From NCBI RefSeq assembly GCF_000150275.1, contig NW_002060951.1:2786580-2850579 (forward strand): a stretch of DNA of 64,000 bases. Reading direction: 5' to 3'. A model generated the notes under the pieces. That model ran no database searches, was not told the origin of the DNA, and saw nothing but the letters and a program-made list of their open reading frames with translations. A program made the translations under genes and the position numbers. This DNA comes from Trichoplax adhaerens. Taxonomy: Eukaryota > Animalia > Placozoa. Positions 27,340-38,519 of the stretch are shown piece after piece (position 1 is the first letter of the stretch; each line of letters begins with the position of its first letter).

Positions 27340-29948
27340 TTACAGAACATTTTCAGATAATAAATAAGAATTTAGTTCATTCATTTCATTCCCTAATAGT
27401 TTCGTAACTCTGATAGCCTCATTGGCTTCTTCACCACCAATTTCCTCTAGAGCGATTAAGGCAGCTTCTCTTACATGAGATATAGGGTCATTACGCCTTA
27501 AAACATACAAAGGTACAGAATCATAATAAGATTTGGCTTTGTAATAATTCGTAGATATCCCAATTCAGAGTTGCTTAATGTTAATGAAGGTATTTAATAT
27601 TGAAAACTTTTACAATATTAAATTGCACACGTACCATCGATTTAATATGTTTATGATTGAACTTTCTGCCTTCATATGTCCCAAAGATAAGCAGGCGCTT
27701 TCACGAACCAGCCGATCTTCATCTTGAAGTAACAATATTAGTTTATCGATATGTTTCTTACTTTTAACACCTGTTCTTGCTAGTGCTATGGAGGCAATAG
27801 CACGAATATTCGGATCTGTATCATCGAGAAGATCTGCTAGCGCGGAAATTACTATTGGTGTTTGATATTTTCCTAAGATTTTCGGAAATTGCGTTGTTTA
27901 GCGTAAAATGAATCTTAAATTTTTTGCTAATCTTTTAAACTGGAATTAGGTAGAAATTAAAATTTTACTAAGAGTCATCCTGCTGATTCCTGAAAAATGT
28001 TTAATACCCATACCTAAATTTTCAACAGCTGCCATGCGAACTGTCGACTCCATATTGAATACTTCATGTATTGCTAAGCGACTAGCAACTTGATTGCTTA
28101 CACAGCTCAAAAATTTATGTGGCTTTGACCAATTTTTACCACAAAAGGCGGTAAACTCTTCTTTACGAATGACATCTTTTTTAGTAAAAATATCTTTCCA
28201 AATCACTCCTTGAAGCAACCATTCTTGACGATCATCCGGATAATCGCGCTTTAAAACGTCATGGTAATCGCTCACAAACGCCTTTCTAAATTCAACCCAT
28301 GTTGTCTCTTGCGCTTGAAAATGGCGATCCCAAAAATTTACTGCCGTGACAAGACTCGACTTAGCTAAATTTTACATCAAATGTATTATATTATTTATTT
28401 CTTTTCCATATAAGAAATATTATTAATTTAAGAGTAATATAGTAACAATTAATAAAGGTGTGGAAATTAGTTCACTATCGTAATTTTGTTAATAATTAAC
28501 ATGAAAACATCGATTTCTTATTTTGCTGGAAGCCTACCACTACTCATGGATGAATGTTGTACTGTAGATGCAGTTTCTTCTTGAAAATTAAATTGGTCAT
28601 CTTCGATAAATGATGCTCTTCGATTCTCCAAAATTTCATCATGTGAGCTTATTTTCCTAATTTCTCGTTTTACGCCCTCTAAAACTGTTGCATATTCCTT
28701 ATCATAGCGCTCTTTTTTGCAAAAGAATACCCAGTTCAGTTTGGACAAAGTTAACTTTCTGAATAGAAAGTGGACAAGAATCATGACATAAGTCATTAAT
28801 TTATTAATTTTCCCGCATTTTAAGTCATGTTACAGTAAATCTTTTACATACGTACAGGGCAAAACCCATTTCTTGATTGATTTCTCTGAAATACCGTAAA
28901 GATAACGGTACTATAGGTTTGTTCGAGATATAGGCAAGAGAGACTTCATCCACTTTTGCTTTATTCTTAATGTATGATATACTGAGTACTACTATTATCA
29001 CCTGAATTCATTATCAAAACAATGATATGCATCAGTGCAGCGATGTAAGGATATACGCAAATTTATTTTATTTACGATCGTGACCAATTTCAATATACTA
29101 ATTAAAGCTTTTAGATCTTGTATAATTTATTTGCAACATTTTAAAAACTCGTGCTATGATATACTACTGTAATTATTAGAAAAATATCGTTTTCAAAATG
29201 CAGTATACCTATCACTATATGTGAGTGTCTAACATTGTTACCTTTGCGTTTACAATTGCTTTGCCTTTATCGATATTATCTTTTAACTTTTCGCTACCAT
29301 ACCTAAGATGCCAAAATTTAAGGCCATGATTCCGCAAATAAGCTATAAAGTAATAAAATAAAATAAACATAATCAGTTCTATTCAAAAGAAAATTAGAAT
29401 CAGATGTTATAGTAAAAAGAAATCGTCACTTACCAGTAATTGGAGTTACAATTTCTGTATCATCAGGGCTGTAACTAATGTAGATATCATAATCTACTTC
29501 ATTTGATTGTTTATAAGCTGTGCTTGTGTCTTCAAATGAATCCAAAGTTATACTAGTATTTATATCAGTCGCTTGCAGTTGGTTATCTCCGTCCTTCAAA
29601 TTTTTATGACGAAATTTTAAAATTGGATACTTTTCTTTAGCGGCTATACTAGTACAGAGTCTACAGACCTCTTCGCGTGGGTCTTTAGAGGTTATCGCTT
29701 GATTCTTTACTTCTGGAAATTCCGTATCTGTTTACAGTATACCACAAGTGGGCATACAATGAATGTCCCGACATTAGTAATAGTAATCTGTATGAGATTA
29801 AAATTTACTGTAAACTTATATTACATATATATATATATATATATATACACTACGTTGCTAATAACAGATATCGTAACCGACCTATTACAGGTGATATACC
29901 ATTATTTACATTTTTACGGCTAGAGCCACAAGAAGCAATTGATCCCAT
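27340..29948 (-). CDS. TIR domain + Cbl-like EF-hand region + HEAT-repeat protein, paralog A (N-terminus MGSIASC), about 8 exons
   Basis: Spliced frame: MGSIASCGSS..., YDIYISYSPDD (TIR box 1), AYLRNHGLKFW, GKAIVNAKVIIVVLSISYIKNKAKVDEVSLAYISNKPIVPL, FWDRHF...WVEFRKAF, HEAT repeats (LLDDTDPNIRAIASIAL; LLQDEDRLVRESACLSLG; RNDPISHVREAALIAL); TAA at 27340-27342. Confidence 0.85.
29825..29846. repeat. (AT)n microsatellite, intronic
   Basis: Run of atatat... Confidence 0.9.
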
Positions 29949-30367
29949 GTCCTCGACAACAATACTGTATCTGTATCGTAATTGCTCACAAGAGATGCAG
30001 TATTTGATTAAAAGAAAAGAACTAAAGGATCAACACAATATTACTGTATACAACATTTGAAAGTAGGGCTGTCGTTCGTTAATAACGTAAGAAGTAACTA
30101 CCTTAAATTCGTTAACAATACAGTATTAGTATGCAATGCACGGATAGCGGCAACGACTAATTTTTACAAGAGTATTTGACCAGTATTAAACTACTGTAAT
30201 TAGTTAAAGTGTACGTAGTCCTGACCGTTACCATGGTACTGTAACTGTATCGGCAAAAAAGATAAAAGAAGGAGAAAACAGGAAACGTTTGCTGGATCTC
30301 ATACAAAAGTATTACAGTACAGTATACAGTACTGAACGTTCTGTAGAAGTCCTGACTGAGGTGATTA

Positions 30368-30477
30368 CGGTGGCCGAGGTGGGCCAAATGCTCTCTTGCA
30401 CAATCTATAGTATTGTATTCATAGTACTGTCACCTTCTTTAACTGTCAGCTGCCTTCTTTTAACACCTCGGCCACCG
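30368..30477. mobile_element. 110-bp MITE, Tc1/mariner type (14-bp terminal inverted repeats, TA target-site duplication)
   Basis: TA|CGGTGGCCGAGGTG ... CACCTCGGCCACCG|TA; perfect inverted repeat; too short to encode a transposase. Confidence 0.75.
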
Positions 30478-30628
30478 TAGATTTTACATAAAGTATTTCG
30501 TAAATTAATTGATTTATCACTCGTTATTTCTTTGCTATCTAATAAAGTATCTAAAGCCGTGCAACACTGTACAGTGCAATCAATCTATCTATTAGTTATT
30601 GTTAGCTATCTAAAGATTATAAAACAAA

Positions 30629-33600
30629 ATGGCAAGTAACGTGCCAGAGCACAAACATCTGGACGTAATGATTAGCTATAGCAGGGTTAACCAAAACGTT
30701 ATGAGAAAATTGAAAGGTGAATAAACAAGTAATTCTTGACTAAAATGATACAGAAAATGACTTACACATAACAAAATATAATATTGTAAACTTTAGTTTG
30801 CTAATATGTATCTATCTATTTCATATTACTGAAACCTTAATTGTTACAGTAAATTATGAGCTCCCTAAACAATATTTTCTTAATACCGTACAAGTACTGT
30901 ATATTTTAATTGACTGTAAAATACAATAATACCTTAGAAGCAAGAATCCAATAGCTTGGCACAGTTTCATTTCATAAATACTGTACATACGTCTTAACAT
31001 ATCTGTTATAGTTAATCATTTTTAATGACTAGTAACAGGCAACTATCAAGAAATGTACGTTGTGCTATTATTAAGTAATGGTTAATTAGGATTGATTATA
31101 ATCATATGTAATTATAATATGTAAACATGTTAATGTACTAGTATGTTTTCTTCTTGCTAATGGACTACACAGCAAAATTATATTTATTTTTATCAACTGA
31201 TCTCAACGCTTTTTATAAATGGCCACGAATCGTATCAGTAAAATTGTTTCGGTTGAAAATTAATTTCATGAAACTCGGAAGTTCCATAAATTACAACTAC
31301 GAATGCTCCAGCTTAAACAGATAATCTAGTCATTATGAAAATAAAACGTACATTTATTGATAAATTTTTTCTTTTAGCAATGAACTATTACTTAATTATC
31401 CAGGACCAAGTTTACGCTATATACGCATACGCATATATTTTTATATATAAAAATATTTCATGAGTCTTTGTGAACAATTTAGCTTGCTAATCTATTATCA
31501 CTTCAATTGAAGGTATGTCGTAGCACCAATGCTAGAAGTAATTAAGAAATTATTGTTTTTTCCGATTTATTAATATTTGAATTAAACTTATTTTTGCTTA
31601 CAGACTTTTTGATTGAGAATGGCTTAAAGGTATGGGTAGATGAGATTGGCCTTGAGGCAGGATCAGAATTTCTGAACATAATAGGGCAAGCAATTGTTGA
31701 CGCTAAGGCAAGTCGATGTAAAATCAAATGAAAACATTTTACTAGCAGTTTATAGCTGCATCTTGGCAATATGTGAGCTAGAAATAAACTTACGTCTCTA
31801 AATTACCCGTAAAGTCCTGACTCTTCCGTTTATAGATTTCATACTTTCTAAAATATCTACCCTTTACTCATACCCTTACTTGATCAAAAAAGTATATTAT
31901 AATTTTACCCAATCATCACCTACGTATTATAGAAGGAGCTATCTTCTAATCCGTAGCTGGCTTTTGATCTATACTAGCCCTAATCTGGCAGTGACCTAAT
32001 TTTATATATCTTCGCTAACGTAAGCTGCTTTCCCTTTAGGCCTTTCTGATTATCTTAAGTAAGAATTCAGCTACATCGAAGTATTGTAGGGATGAATTGG
32101 CATTAGCCTATATTTCTAACAAGCCAATTATTCCCGTAGCTCTCGAAAAGAAAAGTGAGATTTTATCTGTTCTTGAATTTGGCATGTAAGTTATATATTT
32201 TAATATATGTGCTAGTAAATATTTTTTTGTAACTGCACAATGTAACTGTATTTTTCTGCAAATTTGAAATGATGTAAATTTTTTGCAATAGATTCATGTA
32301 ATTATTCTTTGTTACATACTAAATGATTACGATACATTTGAGTTCGTTAAATGGTTTAATCTTACTGGATTGTCATTTCTCACAGGAAACTAACTTTAGC
32401 TTCTATGGAATGGATATCTTTAGCTGATGATATGCAATTTGATCAGCAATTAAGCAAAATTATAGCAGCTGTTAACACATTCATCTGCGATACTGATGTG
32501 AGTGAACATAACAATAACTCGGTAAAAAGCCAAGATCGTTTAGTGAATAGACAGATTTCAAAACACAAGAAGTTATTTCATGACCATGAAGAAAAAGACT
32601 TTATCAGAGCTGGTGAAAAATTTATTGAATTTTTAAAAGATTATTATCGTATGGAGGATACAATACCTTGGACACTTTTTGAACAAAAATTTTATGAAAT
32701 AAATGGACCAGAATTAGAAAAATTGTGTAGTTTTGACAATGAGGGTTGGTTGCTAGGAGTTTTATATCGTGAACTAGAGGTGCTTGAAGCAAATGAAAAT
32801 GTTACTAAACAACAGTTGCTAGCATTTACAGATAATAATATAGATATATTTTGGGAAAACGTAGAAGAACAAGCGATACAAAGCTATGCAATGAGAGAAG
32901 TATTTAATATGGATTCCTCTGTTAGAATTCCAGCGATTATGAATTTATGTAAGTTGCAATAAACAAAACACAAACAATTCAGTAGTTCATACGATCAGTA
33001 GTATAAACTCATATCAAAAGTTTGTATTACAATGTAGCTATAGATTGTTTTTCCAAATTGATCAGTTAGCTTGTCATTTTAGCAAAGATTAAAAGCCCTG
33101 CAGTCATGGAGGCATTATCTGATCTGCTAACGGATAAAGATCCTAATATCCGATCAGTCGCTGCCATATCACTTGGTCGACTTGGAGTGCAAAACAATCT
33201 TAGAATTACAAGAAGATTGATCAATTTACTTAATGACAGTGATAGGCTTGTTCGAGAGGCTGGCTGTCTAGCTTTGGGACATATGAAAGCTCAACCCGCT
33301 GTTCGAAAGCTCGTTAAACTTTGGTAAGAGACTTAGGGTATTAGTACTTCTTTATCTTGCAGTAAGTTGATATACGACCAATTGTTGATATATCAATCTT
33401 ATAAGCTATACGTTCAACCAGCTTATATGTGATTTCATAACTACAGTAATGACTATAAAGGACCATATACATCTATACAAGCAGAGTTGATTATTTCAAA
33501 ATATCGCTATCTTAGTAAGCGAGAGAAATTTATTTAGACTGTTCACTTAGGTCGAGACCTAAAAGTGCAGTACTTAATATTATATTATTATCACACCACA

Positions 33601-33845
33601 GATTCATGTTCTTAAAATTATTCCTATCTAGAACCTTGCACTTCTTTTTTAAAAATATTCCAACTTTAAGTTGTATCATTACATTGTATATTTCCAGGCG
33701 TAATGATACAATTTCTCATGTTCGTGAAGCAGCTCAATGTGCACTAAAACGCATAGGAGGTGAAGAAGCTGAGAAGGCCTTACATATTACCAAAGTTTTA
33801 ACCGAAGAAATAAGAGCATTAACTACTAAAAATAATACCAACTAA
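30629..33845 (+). CDS. TIR domain + Cbl-like EF-hand region + HEAT-repeat protein, paralog B, 6 exons
   Basis: MASNVPEHKHLDVMISYSR; FLIENGLKVWVDEIGLEAGSEF; GQAIVDAKAFLIILSKNSATSKYCRDELALAYISNKPIIPV; TIPWTLFEQKF; HEAT repeats (LLTDKDPNIRSVAAISLG; LLNDSDRLVREAGCLALG; RNDTISHVREAAQCAL). Intron positions are shared with paralog A. Confidence 0.9.
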
Positions 33846-34699
33846 GAAGTTACTTAAAATTTTCATTCCATACTCAGAGCCCACTGTTTTCTTGGAGATT
33901 ATTCTAAAATTTTATATAATTTTTATGTTACTTATTCTACGTGCTTGGACTATCTATAAACTTGTAAACTGGGACAACCCTTAGTCAGATAGAGATTGTT
34001 ATAGCAGTCAAAGAATGGCTCAGCAGCACTTAAACTACACATATAAATCAGAACATTTATCCCAAACATTTATTAGATACCCCGGATTCAAGCCCAATAT
34101 AGATTTCTATTATTACACGGTGATTATGCTGTTTTATGAAGCCACCTTAGAATGTGTGCATCACATTGCTAGGGATAACTTATATTACGCTAAATTATAA
34201 TAAATTAATCGACTGATTACAAATGTTTGATGTCAAGTATGTGACGCACATTTAATAAACTATCCAGTAAGCATGAAAACACAGTCATTATATTACTAAT
34301 TGTAATCAATTCAAGATACAGTAGGTGTTTTTTTAACCTAGGATAGGCCTAAATTCCTGCAATGCAGCTGCAGTGAAAGAACCGAAAGTGAAAGTAATTC
34401 TTTGAAGCTGTATCTTATTACGGACTGCTAATAAATGAATTAACGAGCACTAGAATGGGATGCTCACTATTCTACGGAATGGTAGGTGGCACATGATAAC
34501 ACAAGTCAACGACTTAAAAAAATAATATGCTATTTGCGTTTTCTTTTAGATTGCTAGCTTTATAAATATAATAGTAAATGAATAAATTTAATATTGCTCT
34601 CTTGTAGTCTTGACAAGACACATGGTAAATCTTCAGTTCATTATATGATTTTCTTAAGCAATGGTACGCACTGGTGAAACAGCTTTACAGACAGTCCAT

Positions 34700-35330
34700 G
34701 GTAAATCAGTACAGTATACGCCGCCTAACGATTACAGAGACAGTACAGTACAGTACTGTACAGTAATTTGTATTCTTGTGGACATACAGTACAGTAATTG
34801 CGCTGTACACTGTACAGTCCTGTAGTCAAAGAAGAATCATAGCAGATAGCAAGGACCACTCAAGTAACAATGTTACACCTTTTCCACCGTCTACCTTCTC
34901 AGTACATAGAAGACGGAAGGGAAGGAGAGGAGTAGAAGGTGGAAAAATGGTAAAATTCTTTATTTGAGTAGTCCCTCCAGATAGCCCTGAGATAGGTATT
35001 CCATAATTACAGTACGCGACTGTACAGTACTGTAAAATCCACGGTAGCGTACAGTACTTCGCATTTTGTACTGTACTGTACTGTACTGTACAGTACAGTA
35101 CAGTACACTTTGTCTGAGCCTATTTATTAGTACAGTACTGTACTTGACAATACTACAGTATACTGTACACAGTGTACAGTACTGTATAATCTATACAGTA
35201 ATACTGTACAGTATACAGTACTGTACTGTACTGTACAGTACAGTATAGTGTATGGTACATTACAGTACAGTAAAGTACTGTACAGTATTTCTAGTTCTCT
35301 TTGGGTGCAAATCATCGTTGTACTGTATAA
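34700..35330. repeat. Dense (GTACW)n array upstream of the GAS2-like gene
   Basis: ttgtactgtactgtactgtactgtacagtacagtacagtacac...; densest at about 35010-35290. Confidence 0.9.
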
Positions 35331-35409
35331 AAATTAAATTAATTTTATATACTATTTAATAAACGATAATTCGCGGTCATGTTATGTTGTTGGGTTTTTA
35401 ACTGTCAAT

Positions 35410-38400
35410 ATGGTCGACCTTCAAAGCCCAACACTGGTTGAATCTCAACTAGCTGATGAGTATCCTGATATTATTCGTGATGAAATAGAAAAGGAGTATC
35501 TTACCGCACTAAAGGAAGATATTACGGAATGGATTAATGAATTATTAGTCCTTGATTTAATGCCCGATAATTTATTGACGGCTTTAGAAGATGGAATAGT
35601 ATTGAATCAATTAGCACAGTACGTTCATCAAGTTGGTGATAGTTATTTTGATTCGCATACTGGATTGTCTCGGAAAGTCAAGAAACTTCCTTCTAAATGT
35701 CCAAAGTATCGGCAGAATGCATCATCTAACCCGTTCTTTGCGCGGGATAATATTTCGAATTTTATTACCTGGTGCAAACAGCTAGGTGTTCCCGAAGTGA
35801 TCATGTTCGAAACTGAAGATTTAGTGTCCCAAAAAAACATTAAAAGTGTTTTACTCTGCCTTTTAGAAATATCTAGAATAGCCGTGAAGTACGGTGTTGC
35901 ACCAACGGCTATTATAGCCCTTGAGAACGAGATGGACAAAGACCAAGGGCGAAGCGATTGCAGCGACGACAGTTGCGAAACCTCATCAGTGGTATCTATT
36001 GCAACAGTCGGATCCCAGACCGATCTTTTTCCAGACGATAAGCCAATGGTCAAAAGAAGAGGTAATTCAAATTCTCCCAGTAGAGGAACTAAACAGAAAT
36101 CTATGATTCCCGTAAAAGGCATAAAGAAGCAAAATGAAGATACAGTTGAAAAATCTGAGAATGCGATTGATATCGACTGTAAGGTAAGTAATTATAATCA
36201 ACTGACGAAACACCAATTTCAGTTTTAGACCCTACCAAGATCGAACCTTCTTAAGGTATGATACGCAATGCTTTATCCGCAGTACAGTAGAAAGCTGTTC
36301 TAACCGCAAATTTTTGTTGGTGTACAGCATAATAGTTTCATGTAAACGGAGATTTGTAGTACTGTACTGTATAAATTCGTTATAAATACTATAGCTTTAC
36401 GTCTGCTTGCGTGTGATACCGCATCATTATAATTACATGTTACTATTGTTTTACACTAGGCAATCAGTATAATAACAGAATATACTGTTGACTGAAGAAA
36501 GTTAAGAAAATGCTGATTCGAACTACACTTAGTTATTTGATGTGCATTAGTGGAACGTAATACATAGTATAGTGTGTGTGATCAGAGGCTCCTCTAAAAT
36601 TAAAATCTTTCTCAATTTTTAACTGAGTAATCCCTAGCATAACCCAATCAATAATACTGTAATCGGGTAACCAGTTTACTGTATTCGGTTTGCATTAAAA
36701 TACCAGATTTTAGTTCTAATAATTCACTTAGTCGAACTAAAATCAAGTATTTCAAACTATTCTGGACTGCAGTGCGACAGCAGCTTATGTCTCTGATATA
36801 CCATAATTGATTCATAAATCATCATTCTATTGTACATAGCAAAACATATCGTGATTTCTAAATTTTCGTGTACAATACTCGTATTTCTATGGTTTTGCTA
36901 CAGATCCAAAACTTACTTGCAAAATGTACCTGTAAGAGAAAATTTATGTTAAGAAAATTATCGGAAGGAAAATACCGTGTAGGAGAAGATGGACCTGTTA
37001 TTTTCATAAGGGTCAGTTCTGTATATCTAACGGTTTGAAACTTTTTTATAGCTTCATCGAACAATGATTAAATCATAAAAATCCAGTCCAGTGATAATTA
37101 ATAATATTTTGTATTTAAATTGCTTTATTGTGCTTCTACGTATACAGTATACGCGTATTACTATCCTTAAATTAATAATGTCACAGTTTATATAAATGGG
37201 ATGATGGTACTGAGCTTGAGTATTATTTTTAGTCCATGCAGTCTGTACAGACTTATACCAGAGGCTACTAAAGAAGGAACACTGTACCACTGCTACAGTA
37301 TGACATAGAATGGCATAGTGAAGAACCAAAATGGTCAGGACTTCCAAGTGTTAGGAAGGCTTACTTTAGATTCTGCAGACACCCTGCGGTATAATCTGCC
37401 GTCGAGGGTATTAAAGCCGAGAGTTTTTAAGGGAGGGGGGTTTGGAATGTATAATAAAATAAAATATATAATATGGCTGCGCGCTATGATAACAGGAACG
37501 ATAGGCACTTATACCGTACGATTACTTATATGCCTAACATGGTATACTATATATAGATTATTTTACATTTATTTCTATGGATTCTAGCATGACGATTAAA
37601 GCGGCTTATCTTTATGCTGCTAAGAAATTGACTTATTCAACCATTTTAAAACTTGAATACATGAACGTGTTATAGCGTCTCACCAGACACTTTTTTATAT
37701 AATTTTTAATTGTAGGTATTGAGACATCATATAATGGTTCGCGTTGGAGGTGGTTGGGATACACTACGAAATTACGTTGATAAACATGATCCATGTTTGT
37801 ATACCGGTATGCTAACTATTACAGATGATCGAAGAATAAGTTTCTTTCTGTTTATGGCATTTACGTTTTTGCTCTTACAGCTATTGGAGAGAACAATGAT
37901 AAAAAAGCGAAAGATAAAAAATCACCCGGTATTCTATGATAATTTAGTTGATATGAATATTCCGTACGTTAAATCAACCTAATATGTCCAGTCCTATAAG
38001 TTTAATATCTCATGTGTATGCTCTAGCATAGTTTCCTGATGCATACTACAGACCCTGTCTTAGAATGTAATTGCGTGCTACTTATCTTATTCATTCTTCA
38101 TTCTAGCACTTACACCATCTCACAGCGTAAGCTCCATTAGCAGCCTTACCAGTCGACAAAAATCACCTCATATTCCAATAAAAGACAGTAGCTCAACTCG
38201 TAGCAGTTCTGACGATATTAAAAATAATTTATCAGCGCGTTCAAGTCCAAAATTCGATCGCCATAGACTACGCTCATCGAGTTTGACTTTTTCTGAAGTA
38301 AATGCGGATATGCAGCTGTCTCATAACTTACTGAGGAATTTTACACCTGTTGATTCTAGTAGTCACAAAACAATTCATTATTCTACACCTGTAAGTAAAA

Positions 38401-38519
38401 TACCTAAGTTTCCAACTGACAAGAAAGACCCAGATAGCAAGAGTGAGACACCTGTTCAACTTGCTCACATGAAACGCCGTAATTCGAATATTCCCCAGAA
38501 AACACACAATATATCATAG
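35410..38519 (+). CDS. GAS2-family actin-microtubule linker (CH domain, GAR domain, SxIP tail)
   Basis: CH domain [38 protein letters not shown]; GAR domain [46 protein letters not shown]; low-complexity tail with SKIP. Confidence 0.9.

Noticed and set aside
35010-35330. CRISPR-like or coding interpretation of the arrays (YSTVLYCTVQ ORFs at 35066, 35127, 43868, 51250, 59108 and others)
   Set aside because: No constant repeat with unique spacers and no cas genes; the ORFs are translations of a largely stop-poor pentamer repeat.
35643-36122. Antisense ORFs over real exons (also 6702-7061, 24765-25076, 40961-41395, 54722-54928)
   Set aside because: Shadows of coding sequence on the opposite strand with no recognisable motifs.
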